A stretch of 60,133 nt of DNA, filler included, from Sphacelaria rigidula (Eukaryota): NCBI GenBank assembly GCA_964200075.2. It is 7 parts of 7 records of this genome, joined end to end, with 100 filler letters (N's around TTAATTAATTAA, not from the genome) between each part and the next. Parts side by side here need not be neighbours in the genome. Positions count along the whole stretch, not along the records: positions 8,606 to 17,110 come from CAXNAA020010946.1; positions 17,211 to 25,715 come from CAXNAA020010947.1; 5 more parts are not named here. One strand, 5' to 3'. The notes beneath the pieces are model-generated. The model worked only from the letters and a program-made list of their open reading frames with translations, made no database searches and was not told the DNA's origin. The position numbers and the translations under genes were made by a program. Position 1 is the stretch's first letter. Each line of letters begins with the position of its first letter. Positions 11,620 through 23,648 of this stretch are shown here, piece after piece.

Positions 11620-14600
11620 ATTGCACCAACGAGGGCTGTTCCGCGATATGATTGTACGGTTTGAAAGGCTGCACGGCAAAGTTCTACTCCTAGCACACCA
11701 GGGCGAGATTGGTAGAATGTGGTGAAGTCTGGCGACGAGGGCTGCCTCCAGCATCCATCGAATGGTTTACCAGGAAGCAAGACGAGAAGTTCTGCTCATA
11801 ACACGCCAGGGCGGGAACGATTCAAGTAATGAAACGGTGCGGCGAAGTGGGCTGTCTCAAGCAACAGTCGTATGGTATAGCAGAAATCAGGAAGGCGGAG
11901 TTCTGCTCCGAGCACGCCAGGGTGGGAATGGTGAATGTGAGGAGCAAGGGGTGCGGAGACGAGGGCTGTTTCAGGCAACCGTCGTATGGTGTGTCAGGAA
12001 GCAAGAAGGCGGAGTTCTGCTCTGAGCACGCCAAGGCGGGAATGGTGAATGTGTTGAGCAAGAGATGCGGCTACGAGGCGTGTCTCAAGCAACCGTCGTA
12101 TGGTGCGGCAGGAACCACGAAAGCAGAGTTTTGCTCCGAGCACGCCAGGGCAGGAATGGTAAATGTGATGAAGAAGAGATGCGGCTACGATGGCTGTCTC
12201 AAGCACCGGTCGTACGGTGTAGCAGGAAGCAAGACGACGGAGTTCTGCTCCGAGTACGCAAGGGCGGGAATGGTAAATGTGTTGAGCAAGAGGTGCGGCT
12301 ACAAGGGGTGTCTCAAGCAACCGTCGTATGGTGCGGCAGGAACCAGGGAAGCAGAGTTTTGCTCCGAGCACGCCAGGTGTGATGAAGAAGAGATGCGGCA
12401 ACGAGGGTTGTCTCAAGCACCGGTCGTACCGTGTAGCAGGAAGTAGGACGGCGGAGTTTTGCTCCGAACACGCCAGGGCGGGAATGATGAATGTCATGAA
12501 GAAGAGATGCGGCTACGATGGCTGTCGCAAGCAAGCGTCGTACGGTGTAGCTGGAAGCAGGACGACGGAGTTCTGCTCCGAGCACGCCAGGGCGGGAATG
12601 GTCAACATGGTGAGCAAGAGATGCGGCGACGAGGGCTGTCTGAAGCTACGGTTATATGGCGTAGCTGGAAGCAAGACGGCAGAGTTTTGCTCCGAGCACG
12701 CCAGGGCGGGAATGGTCAATGTTGTGAGCAAGAGATGCGGCTACGATGGCTGCCTCAAGCAACCGTCGTACGGTGTAGCAGGAAGCAAGACGGCGCAGTT
12801 CTGCTCCGAGCACGCCAGGGCGGGAATGGTAAATGTTGTAAAGAAGAGATGCGGCTACGATGGCTGTCTCAAGCACCGGTCGTATGGTGTAGCAGGAAGC
12901 AAGACGGCGGAGTTCTGCTCCGAGCACGCCAGGGCGGGAATGGTGAATGTGTTCAACATGGGGTGCAGAGAGGAGAGCTGTCTCAAGCGAGCGTCGTATG
13001 GCGTAGCAGGAAGCAAGAAAAGGATATTCTGCTCCAAGCACGCCAGAGCGGGAATGGCAAATGTAGTGCACAAGAGCTGCGGTAAGGAGGACTGTCTCAA
13101 GCAACCGTCGTATGGTGTAGTAGGAAACAAGAAGGCGGAGTTCTGCTCCGAGCACGCTAGGGCGGGGATGGTAAATGTAGTGCACAAGAGGTGCGGTAAG
13201 GAGGACTGTCTCAAGCAAGCGTCGTATGGCGTAGCAGGAAGCACGACGGCGCAGTTCTGCTCCGAACACGCCAGGGCGGGAATGGTGAATGTGAGGAACA
13301 TGGGCGGCGTAGACGGGGGCTGTCTCAAGCAAGCGTCGTATGGTGTAGCAGGAAGCAAGACGGCGGAGTCCTGCTCTGAGCACGCTAGGGCGGGAATGGT
13401 GAATGTGTTCAACATGGGGTGCAGAGAGGAGAGCTGTCTCAAGCACCGGTCGTATGGCGTAGCAGGAAGCAAGAAAAGGGTATTCTGCGCCGAGCATACC
13501 AGAGCGGGAATGGTAAATGTAGTGCACAAGAGGTGCGGTAGGGAGGACTGTCTCAAGCAAGCGTCGTATGGCGTAGCAGGAAGCAAGGAGGCGGAGTTCT
13601 GCTCTGAGCACGCCAGGGCAGGAATGGTGAATGTGAGGAACAAGGGCTGCGTAGACGGGGGCTGTCTCAAGCAAGCGTCGTATGGTGTAGCAGGAAGTAA
13701 GAAGGCGGAATTCTGCTCTGAGCACGCCAGGGGGGGAATGGTGAATGTGGTGGACAAGAGATGCGGCTACTGTGGCTGTCTCCAGCACCGGTCGTACGGC
13801 GTAGCAGGAAGCAGGACGGCGGAGTTCTGCTTCGAGCACGCTAGGGCGGGAATGGTCAACGTGATGGACAAGAGATGCGGCGAGGAGGGTTGTCTGAAGC
13901 GACGGTTGTATGGCGTAGCTGGAAGCAAGACGGCAGAGTTCTGCTCCAAGCCTGCCAGGGCGGGAATGGTCTATGTTGTGAAGAAGAGATGCGGCTACGA
14001 TGGCTGTCTTGAGCAAGCGTCGTATGGTGTAGCAGGAAGCAAGACGGCAGAGTTCTGCTCCGAGCACGCCAGGGCGGGAATGGTGAATGTGTTTAACAAG
14101 GGGTGCAGAAGCGAGGGCTGTCTCAAGCAAGCGTCGTATGGCGTAGCAGGAAGCAAGAAGAGGATATTCTGCTCCGAGCACGCTAGGGCGGGGATGGTAC
14201 ATGTAGTACACAAGAGCTGCGGTAAGGAGGACTGTCTCAAGCAACAGTCGTATGGTGTAGCAGGAAACAAGAAAGCAGGAAACAAGAAAGCAGAGTTCTG
14301 CTTCGAGCACGCTAGGGCGGGAATGGTAGGTGTGAGGGACAAGGGCTGCGTAGATGAGGGCTCTCATGCCAACGTCGTATGGTGTGGCAGGAAGCAAGGC
14401 GGAGTTCTGCTCTGAGCACGCCAGGGGGGGAATGGGGAATGTGTTGATCAAGAGATGCGGCTACGAGGGGTGTCTCAAGGAACGGTCGTATGGCGTAGCA
14501 GGAAGCAAGAAGGCGGAGTTCTGCTCCGGGCACGCCAGGGCGGGAATGGTCAATATGGTGAAGAAGATATGCGGCTACGTTGGCTGTCTCAAGCAAGCGT

Positions 14601-15682
14601 CGTATGGTGTAGCAGGAAGCACGGCGGCAGAGTTCTGCTCCGAGCACGCTAGGGCGGGAAAGACGAATATGTTGAACAAAAGATGCGGCGACGATCGCTG
14701 TCTCAAGCAATCGTCGTGTGGTGCAAAAGGAAGCAGGACCGCGGACTTCTGCTTTGACCACGCTGGGGCGGGAATGGTAAATGTGGTGAACAAGAGGTGC
14801 GGCGATGAGGACTGTCTCAAGCAACCGTCGTATAGTGCAGCACAAACCAGGAAGGAAGAGTTTTGCTCTGAGCACGCCAGGGTGGGAATGGTGAGTGTGG
14901 TGAAGAAGATATGCGTCTTCGAAGGTGGTCTCAAGCACCAGTCGTATGGTGTAGCAGGAAGCAGGACGGCGGAGTTCTGCTCCGAGCACGCCAGGGCGGG
15001 CATGATGAGCAAAGAACATGAGAAATCTGGCACGAAACGATGCTTCGAGCTGGGTATCTTCCAGAGGCACAACCTTCACGAGGCGCAATTCTTCCGACAG
15101 CATGCCACCACACACAACACAGCAGCAGTGCGCAACACCGCAGAAGTCAACGCTAGGGAGATCAACTCCGGCCTTAGCCCGGCGGAGGATGGTCGAGGAG
15201 GCGTTCCTGATGTACTTGAAACAAAACGCAAACGCCCAGCATGCTTGGGCTCTGGTTCAAGGCCCGTGATCGGTACTTGTCGTAGTGTCTGCCCCAATCC
15301 CAGGCGAGATGGCACAGCAGTACCATTACTCTCCGTACAGATACCCTCAGGATCTGATGGTAGGGTGTCGTTAGAGGCAAAGGCAGTGTCAGGAATAAAG
15401 GTAGAGCCGGCAGTCCCATTTTCACCGCACTGTGTCCCTACGGCCGGAGGGCGTAAAGAACAGGCTCCCAGTTCAAGTGGGACGGGTGGCGTAAGTTGTT
15501 GTGGTAGCTCCAGTTGCAGTGGTGCCGGTATGAGAACGGGATGGCTCGATGAGTCGTCAGCAGAGGTGTCTGGTTGCCTTGGCGTGTTCGATAATATGCC
15601 AGATGAAGATGCAGGGGAGAATTCGAGCGTGAAGTTTGAGCTAGGAGTGTCGAGTATCCCTCTTTGGACGTCCGGCAGTTGA
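11620..15682 (+). pseudogene. EsV-1-7 cysteine-rich tandem-repeat protein gene (~30 x 38 aa), frameshifted; unique Ser/Gly-rich C-terminal tail
   Basis: The 114-bp unit encodes KRCGYDGCLKQPSYGVAGSKTAEFCSEHARAGMVNV (C-X4-C-X16-C-X2-H), which matches the EsV-1-7 motif as I recall it. The gene is split over ORFs 11829.., 12328.. and 14354..15682 by a 14-nt deletion at 12377/12378 and a 2-nt deletion near 14360. Two degenerate units with stops lie upstream (~11620-11828). No introns within the array. Confidence 0.88.
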
Positions 15683-16261
15683 TGCATAATGTACCGTTTA
15701 TGATTTTGACCCTGTAGATTGGGTGCAGAGTATGCGGGCATGTGCTGGCGTGCACTATCGACACTTTTAGACCACGAGCGGTTGATCAAGGTGATTATTT
15801 TCTGTCGCTGCAAAGGTGTTCGTGAGGGATCAAGGTTTTCTTTTTCGACGATGCAAAGGTGTTCGTGAGGTTGTCGGGACCTGATATCTGAAAGCAACGT
15901 TTCATCAAGATCTCGTCGACGTGGATAAAGGCACTATGTCTACATGTTGCATGGGCGGGTCAAAAGTAGATGTACTGGAGTGGTCGGTCCCCTGATCAAC
16001 CGTAACGCTACTGGTGGACCTTCTATCCGTACCGCGATCTTGTCCACGTTTCCCTCATGGTGAAGTGAGTATTTCCTACGCTCTCATGTATAATGTACGA
16101 GGATGGAGACGTGAAGATCGAGGAGGGTCTGGCATCGGTCGCATTCATTTATCTGATGCCAGCATCCGTGCCCTCAATCAAGAGCACATTAATTGTTATG
16201 CATTGGTTGGTTTTCGCGAGAAAGTGATTACCACACCCTGGACAAAACAGTATGTTTCAAA

Positions 16262-16487
16262 GAGTGATGCTGCGATAGGGTCTGCACTTTTGGGGCCAAA
16301 ACCGGCCTGAGAGCCACGAGAGTAATGTNNNNNNNNNNCCTCAGACTGGAATTATCTCATGGGTCATGGACGCATGTTTCACCCTGAGGCTATAAAAACT
16401 GTGGTGAGAGTCAAAGGTGATTCGAGATGCCTAAATCCCGATTTCCTCTCAGGCCGCAACAGCGCAGACCCTATCGCAGCATCACTC
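16262..16487. mobile_element. MITE-like element with 24-bp perfect TIRs (contains a 10-N gap)
   Basis: GAGTGATGCTGCGATAGGGTCTGC at 16262-16285 and its reverse complement at 16464-16487. No clear TSD. Confidence 0.6.
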
Positions 16488-16489
16488 CG

Positions 16490-16770
16490 AATATCTATTA
16501 GTCGATCATATTGTAATTTTGCGATATATTGCCGGTGTAATATATAGTGGTACCCTTTGACTGCACATGTATTGCGTGCCCAATATATATTCATGTCGTG
16601 GGACTGCGTACATATTGCCCGCCCAATATATACTGGTACTATTGGGTTCAACACATATTGTTCCATCAATATATATTGGGACAGCGTGGGCGACAACATA
16701 TTGCCCGACCAAAATATATTAGGGTCGCATTGATGAGAACATATTGACCGGTCAATATCAATTGAGTCTG
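16490..16770. repeat. Degenerate AT-rich repeat cluster (ACATATTG...CAATAT units)
   Basis: Repeated ACATATTGCCCG(C/A)CCAA(T/A)ATAT-like units, for example near 16610, 16697 and 16739. Confidence 0.5.
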
Positions 16771-17110
16771 CGTGCACACGTGGACAGATAGCACCCTGTG
16801 GGGCGCACTGTGCAGGGTCCATACAGGGTCCTCCACAGTGTTTGTGAAAAAACCCTGACAGTGAAATGCAAAATCTGTACCCATCGCAGCGTTTTGATAG
16901 GGTTTTCCCCAGGGTTGGATTTGCAGCGCTGTGTAGGCACGTCGGCAAAGCCCTGCACAGTCATGTGGTAGTGTTTTGGTGAAAAAACCTCCAGTGTTTT
17001 TTTTTCGAAAATTCCAAATATTTTGGTACAAAATCTGTAAATTTATATATCTTCAATACCTTGTCCTCCTGTCCGAGGTAAATTCCTCTTCACCCGATTT
17101 GAGTCGAGCG

Positions 17111-17210
17111 NNNNNNNNNNNNNNNNNNNNNNNNNNNNNNNNNNNNNNNNNNNNTTAATTAATTAANNNNNNNNNNNNNNNNNNNNNNNNNNNNNNNNNN
17201 NNNNNNNNNN
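17111..17210. other. Artificial contig linker
   Basis: N44-TTAATTAATTAA-N44. Confidence 0.99.
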
Positions 17211-17242
17211 ACCAGGGGGGGGGGGGAGGGAGGGGGGTGGGT

Positions 17243-17279
<37 letters not shown>

Positions 17280-18497
17280 GATTCCATCAAGAAAAAGGGC
17301 CCAAAATGCTTCAGACTATCAAACACACTCGCAATGCGCTTGTATTTCGGTAAAAACGATATCAAGCAACATGAGCGAGCGTCATTCATCGGTGCCAAGC
17401 GCGTTCGAACAACAGTTGCTGCTTTCAACGACGATATGAAGTGGATGTTTGTGGAGGAAGTGGCCCAGAATACCCACCCACCCCCTCCCCCCCTCTCGTA
17501 GCATGACGAGTCTCCGTTTTGTTTCTTTTGTTTCGCATCAACTTACTTTTCTACGGCCTCCCCACCGGAAGTCGTGCGGCAGTGGCCTGCCAATCCTTCA
17601 TTTCTTTTTCTGACGTTCTCCCTCACGAGACAGGTGGTTCATCTCAGCCTGGCGCTTTCTCTTCTCTCTTCCTCATTTTTACGAACAGGCTTGTTCAGGG
17701 TGAAAGTCCAAACTTTATTATCCGACCAGGTACAGAACGCAAAACTGACCTGAGAGAAACATATTTGGTATCGTAGTAACCCCCACGAGCGAGCGAGCAG
17801 TGTGACATGGCCAGCTCATCCTTTGCATCCTTTACCGTGGAGCTGGTGGTGAGTGTGTTTCTCGGCCAATCAGCGGCCTTCAAATTGTCCTAAAATTTAA
17901 AAATGTGAACTCCCCTCTCAACTTGTACCCAATCTTATCATAAATCAAACCTTAGTAACCACCATCAGCTAGGGAATCTAACGCAAAGAACAGATTTAAA
18001 AATGGTTTGAATGGGATTGAGTTAATAACCCAGAACGTGGTGTTCCGGTGATGTGGGGTTTTGGCGCCGTAAGATTTCCACTGATGATATGCCACCGAAG
18101 ACCCAGAAAGCCTCTTGACGTCTTCCCTTGGAAATTTCTTATGAAAGCTCCCATCATCCTTAAACTCGGCAGTTTAGTAGGTATGGATGTTACGAACAAG
18201 AAAAAAAACTGTTGGACAATATTTCAAAGTTTATCGCCTCGCTACATGCTTCCGGGGGTCCTAGCGTGAAGACCCCCAGAAGCGCGTACAGATTGCTTCA
18301 CGATGGAAAATTTATATATTTGACTCGTTCCGGGGGTACTCCAAGGAATCGTTGTACAATTTTTCGTTGCGTAACTCGAGAAGCTGATCACAAACGGTTG
18401 ATTTAAGATCAAGCCCACACGCAAAACGTCGGTAGCATACTAAAATCAATTAGGGGGGCTCCACGTACATCTGTATACTTCAACGCACAAACGGCCA

Positions 18498-20383
18498 ATT
18501 GCTCACGCCGTTTCATGGAGTTTGACCCGAAACTTTTGCACAGGTCGGACGAGTCATTACTCGTTTAGACGAGTGCACTCGTGGGTGTTTTTTCAAAGCA
18601 CAACGAGCAGTGACTCGAGTGCTTGCCCTATTAGTTGTTTCCACAACGAGCAATACCTCGAATGCTTGCCCCATTCATTTGTTTCCACAACGAGCAGTGA
18701 CTCGAGTGCTTGCCCAATTATTTTTTTCCCCGAACAAGCAATGACTCGAGTGCTTGCCCTATTATTTTGTTGCCACAACGAGCAATGACTCGAGTGCTCG
18801 CCCTATATTTTTTTTCCCACAATGAGCAGTGACTCCAGTGCTCGTGCTCGAGTCATTTCCTTCTTCACGTGGTATGACCCGCTTGCTTGTGTCTTTTCTG
18901 GACAATCCAAGAACCAATCATAAATCACTGAAGTAATGGACGAGTGTGGCACGAGACATAGTGCAAGCCTAGTGAACCAAGGGTACGATTTGGTAATATT
19001 GTGACCACTACAAATCGTACTACCCCCTTTGAATGGTATGCTTGTGGCACTCTTCCACACCATCGTGTGTTCGCGGGAGAAATGATCAATAAGGCCCCTA
19101 CAGCATCATTTTTACGAAAAAATAGCACAAATGGGCAACTACCGCAAACACACGATCGTGGGGAGATGGGTCTCAAGCGGAATACGTACCCCTTTTCGAA
19201 TCGATCATTGCTCTGTAAGAAAAATGGGGGCGCAGAGACCTACCTGGACTAGACAACCGTGGCTCCGTCCACCACAATACCATTCAGTAAAATAAGCACC
19301 AACGGATATCTGTCAAGGTGTCTATATCTTGGCTTTTTCTACACCCGCCCCGGCCCCTGGGGTGTCCGCCTCTGACGGAACTACATTTCTCTCGTCTTTG
19401 GCCCCCGCGACCATGTAGAAATCCAAGTCGTCGAGTTCCACCAGGCACGCAGGCAAGTTCATGAACACCTGTTTTTGCGGTTGACACTTGTACATGTGCA
19501 GATATGCGTATGAACTTCAAGATTCTTGGTTCAAGATCGTCAAAGAACTCATCATAATTATGAGCTCGCCGGATTGCTGACTCCTCGACTGAAGTCGTTC
19601 ATCACGAGCAATGGCTCGAGTGCTCGCCCTATTTATTTGTTTCCCCAACGAGCAAAGGCTCGAGTGCTCGCCCTATTCATTTGTTTCTCCAACGAGCAGC
19701 CCAACGAGTGCGAGTGCCACGAGTCACACTCGTGCTCGTCCGACGTATGAAATTTTGCATACGGATGTTCTGAGATATTTATAGGGGCCTTATGAATACG
19801 GTCTTTCCATCCATTAATTTATTTTTTCGCCAGATATCTGGGGTCCCGCGCGGGCACGTCTCACACTGCCTCCTGGGACCCCGAATATCTGGCAACAAAA
19901 ATGGAAGTCGAAATGTGGGAACCACCACATAGAAGGGACATCTTCCCACCAGTGTGTGTCCAGGAATCACCCCTTCACCTTGGCGACACCATGAGCTAGC
20001 TCGAACGCTTCACGCACAGAAGGCCCCGGGTTCAAATCTCCGATCTTCCCAACATGGTGGGAGCCAAAACGAATGGTGGATATCCTCTGAAAATCTCCTG
20101 CGATGATTGTTGGCCGGATCTTTTAACACACGTAGAATATATATGACTTGAAAGGCAACGTTCCAACCGCAAAGGTTACTTCTACGAACCCTCCAAGAGT
20201 TCCATGAAGGGTGGGCGCGAGTGACGCGGAAACCACCCCACAGACGGGACAACTTCCCTCAAGTGTCTGTCAAGGAATCACCTCTTTACAAAAAAGCCCT
20301 ATTCATACAGCTCTTTTAAATATCTCAGAGAGCACACGTTTGCGAAATTTCAGGGTCTAACTCAAAACAACGGCGTGAGGAAT
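18498..20383. mobile_element. Outer MITE with ~90-bp imperfect TIRs; the left TIR is split by a nested hAT-like element
   Basis: Joining 18498-18538 to 19758-19807 rebuilds CTCACGCCGTT...GAGTTTGACCCGAAACTTTTG-CATACGGATGTTCTGAGATATTTATAGGGGCCTTATGAATACGG. This is similar to the reverse complement of ~20292-20383. Confidence 0.7.
18539..19749. mobile_element. Non-autonomous hAT-like element with subterminal tandem repeats
   Basis: TIR CACAGGTCGGACGAG versus (reverse complement) CATACGTCGGACGAG, 13/15 match. 8-bp TSD AACTTTTG / AAATTTTG, 7/8 match. About 6 units of a ~43-bp repeat (ACAACGAGCARTGACTCGAGTGCTYGCCC + T-rich linker) at 18600-18858, and 2-3 more at 19602-19700. Confidence 0.8.
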
Positions 20384-20949
20384 CACTGGGGAGTCAATTC
20401 CGGTCGTTCATGCCTCCCCTGTCTTCATATCTCCCCTTCTTTCAATTCTTCAATGCTTTCCCTTTTATCGAGCTCCTCAAGCGACTGTTACGTCAATTAC
20501 CGCGGGTACGTCCGCCTCGCGACCACGGCTAGATGTGGAGGGGATCATGTGATATGTAACAACCAATCACTCCAAGCGGAGGCGACCGGGCGTCAGCCGA
20601 GCAAAGAGGGCTGCTCACGTCGGCTTCACCGACACTACCAAGACTCGTCATCTGATAACAACAAAAACCCGCAGGTTTTCTCTTGTTCGAGATCTGACCC
20701 TTGACACAACTTTCGGAGAAGAGAGATGGTCACGCCTTTCGTTCGCATTTGCATCAAATACAGGGCCATCGAAACGTGTGTGTGCTCTGTTCGTGTGCCC
20801 GCGAGATTCGGCACAAAATAAAGAAATGCTATTCCATATTCTTATTTTTCTCGTTCTCAGGTCAGAACTTTTATCTTTTCCGTCCTTCCTTGCATTTTCT
20901 CCATTGGTCGAGTTTCTTGAGCGACGGTTTCCGCTCCCTCGCCTGTGGT

Positions 20950-22800
20950 ACGTGAATGTTTTTACCCCGGCTGGATCGGCATATAGCGGATCCATTGGTG
21001 CGCTATGTGCGGCAGTTAATCCATCAGTAAACCAGTCAGTCGATGCAATAGGTGAAAAAATTGCGGTGGCATCTGACGCGAAAATCGGCATCATGACTTT
21101 TGCACAATTTCATACCATCATGGACAAATTGACATTCGGTGGGAGCATTGGGGCGAGGGACAGAGGGACTACCCTTACCTCGGAGTTGATGTAAGCCAAA
21201 CCGCGCTCATCCATAAGGCTACTCTGCTTCCAAGCCAGGCGCATGCGCTGCCCGATATCTCCCGTGTTTTTGTTGCCCGGCTTTGTCTTGGCAAGGCGAG
21301 CCGCCTCTAGCGTATTGTGGAAGTAGCTCACGCAGGGCGAGAAGCTGTCCACCGGAATGACGCCTGTTTCCACGATGTTTCGCGCGTGTGCGGCACATGG
21401 GCATGGATCGGGGCGGTGAGGCTCTGCCTGCCTGTGTATGTGTATGTGTGTGTGTGTGTGTGTGTGTCCTTCATCCACGCTCTCGACCTCGGTTGTTCTT
21501 CTCCAGGTACACAAATACGAACTGCACTGGGTATGCCGAGCTCACCAAAAGAATGTCGCCGTGTGCCTCATGGCAACATCGTGCATGACAACGAAGTGGG
21601 GGTACGAGGGGAAGCAGAAGAACATGCATTCCGAGCATGCGACGTAGGAAGACGTCGCGGTTCTGCCACAGCCTTGTGCCGAGCACAAAACACCCTTTGT
21701 TGAGCTTGGCAATTTTCGCTCTCCATTCATCACCAGACCGTGCTGTACGATCTCTTTCGGAAACTCGCAAACATGACTTGGCGACACACATACATCCAAA
21801 CATATGAAAACAAACAACGGGTGACTGGAGATACGTGCACAGAGCAAAGAAAACTGTACCAGCCGATTGAGGCTTTTCCAGTCCATCCAATTGTTGCTAT
21901 CATGTATACCTCTCACCAAGCAGGATGGCGCTCTCATAGATGCGGGTGATGCACCAGTCGTCTTCGACGTCAGCGGGGACAGATGCACCCGCTGGGAACT
22001 CATCCGAGGTCGGGGGTGCCTTCGTGGCCTTGCGCAGGAGGTCAGTGCGCAGCATGGCGTGGGGGGTGGCCTTGAGGAGAGGTGACGCCGCCATCACAAC
22101 GTTGAGGATTCCTAACGTTTGGGACAGATCTGAAGAATCGATAAAGTCGAAACTGTCACAGATATTGAAGAAATAGAAACAGGAGGGGGTGGGGTGGGGG
22201 TGTGGGGTGCGGGGTGCGGGGGGAGTGAAGCGGGAAAGTGCATGATTAAAAAATGAGGGGAACAGGCAACACTGGGTTGTTTCGGAGACGCTGGACACAG
22301 CGAGGGACGTGTCCCGTGTCTGTTCGGATACAGTGGGTAATGAGGAAAACATGGTGGAGTGTGTTCCCAATCAACGACGGTTGAATTTTCATGTTGTGCC
22401 GTGCCCAGGATGCGTACTTGTAGTGTAACTATTGCTTCGTCATGCAACAGAGGCCAAAAACATACTTCGTATATGGTGATGAGGAATACATCACCTAAAA
22501 CTTTGATCAAGCAACCGCACTATTTGAACACATCGGAGAGTTTCGTGGGCTAGTCGTGCACGCAGAGGACAGTAAAAAACATGTAGAACAAAATTCGATT
22601 GGTACTAGGAATTACTTCGACACCACCTGTGGAATTCGTAGAACACGAAAGCAGTCGAACCTTCAGTGCCAACTTCGAACGTGGTGGATGGGCAAAATGT
22701 ATGCTGCGGTCTTCGGTACAATCCCCACGCGAGAAAAACACGAGTGCTATGCAGTAGTGCAGTGGCGGACGTTACTGCAGTGAAAAACGGATGTGTATAC
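20950..22800 (-). pseudogene. Probable fragment/pseudogene of a DUF4470/MYND-finger-associated protein; exons ~22800..22495, 22152..21917, ~21423..~20950
   Basis: The exon 22152..21917 has AG/GT borders and encodes FDFIDSSDLSQTLGILNVVMAASPLLKATPHAMLRTDLL, which resembles the F-D-x-I-D-T-S-N-L...L-G-L-L-N-L-L...S-P-L-L motif of that family (from memory). The upstream exon (..EFHRWCRS..) is phase-compatible. In-frame stops at 22605-22607 and 21110-21112. Confidence 0.4.
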
Positions 22801-23345
22801 ACGAGTGATCAACATCGTGTCCGTGAAGGGGTGGGGGGAAGGTAAACGCGACATACCTGCTGCTCCATCCCAGAATGTTTGAGCGCCGCAGTGTTGTTTC
22901 AAACAAAGTAAGGATAGTCAGGATCCCTCTCATTTTCAGGGAGTAAGTAATACTCAGGCGTTTTGGGCCGTTGATACCACAACACCGCGGGGGTATCAAT
23001 TACAAAGGTACGCCTTGAGTCGGTTAGGGCGAGAGGTTGCGGGTTCGCATCTCAACGGATAGCGTTTATTTTCGGAATAATCTGTTTTCCGTCGATGAAA
23101 GAGTGAGCACGTGAGAAGCAAAGAAATACATGGCAAGCATGGACGCGGTGCCGGACTGTTGGTACGTTCGACGACCCGAAAGTTAAGGCACGTACCAGGA
23201 TAGAGACGAGTTGGTCCCTTGAAATAAGGGACTCGACCGGAGGAAGGGAATGGGGTGTACGAATTACGAGAAAAATAGTAAAAGTCTTATACTTTACAGA
23301 GTGGTGCGGCCTCTCACGCGCATACCTCATCGTACAACATGCTGA

Positions 23346-23648
23346 GACATGTTTCGACAGACTTGACGCCACGATACCCTGACGTCTGGAGCGTGTACCT
23401 GAGCGCATTGTGCCAGCTGTACGGTATGAGTCATGTTTATCGAAAAAATTGACGGGGGTCAGAAACAAGCACAATGAGAAGAACTCTAACGTGGGTTCCT
23501 AATCGTACGACAGACAGACATATTTCGACAGACGTCACGCCACGATACCCTGCCGTCTGGAGCATGTACCTGAGGGCATCGTGCCAACTGTGCAGTAGGA
23601 GTCATGTTCACGAAAACTATTGGCGGGAAGTCAGAAAAAAAACAAAAA
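23346..23648 (+). repeat. Diverged direct duplication of ~130 bp (period ~171 bp)
   Basis: TTTCGACAGAC..ACGCCACGATACCCTG.CGTCTGGAGC.TGTACCTGAG occurs at ~23350 and ~23522. Confidence 0.85.

Noticed and set aside
12652-14451. Long antisense and alternate-frame ORFs (599 aa, 300 aa and others) over the repeat array
   Set aside because: Shadow ORFs produced by an in-phase 114-bp repeat that lacks stops in those frames.
8606-17110. Integrated phaeovirus (giant virus) segment
   Set aside because: No viral core gene or dense gene packing is visible, and EsV-1-7 repeats are also common in host genes.
18600-18858. Palindromic ~29-bp repeats with short spacers, resembling a CRISPR array
   Set aside because: The spacers are ~14 bp, T-rich and similar to each other; the array lies inside TIRs with an 8-bp TSD; the DNA is eukaryotic with no cas genes.
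21110-21112. In-frame TGA as selenocysteine or readthrough
   Set aside because: There is a second in-frame stop (TAG) in the same putative gene and no redox motif; decay is the simpler explanation.
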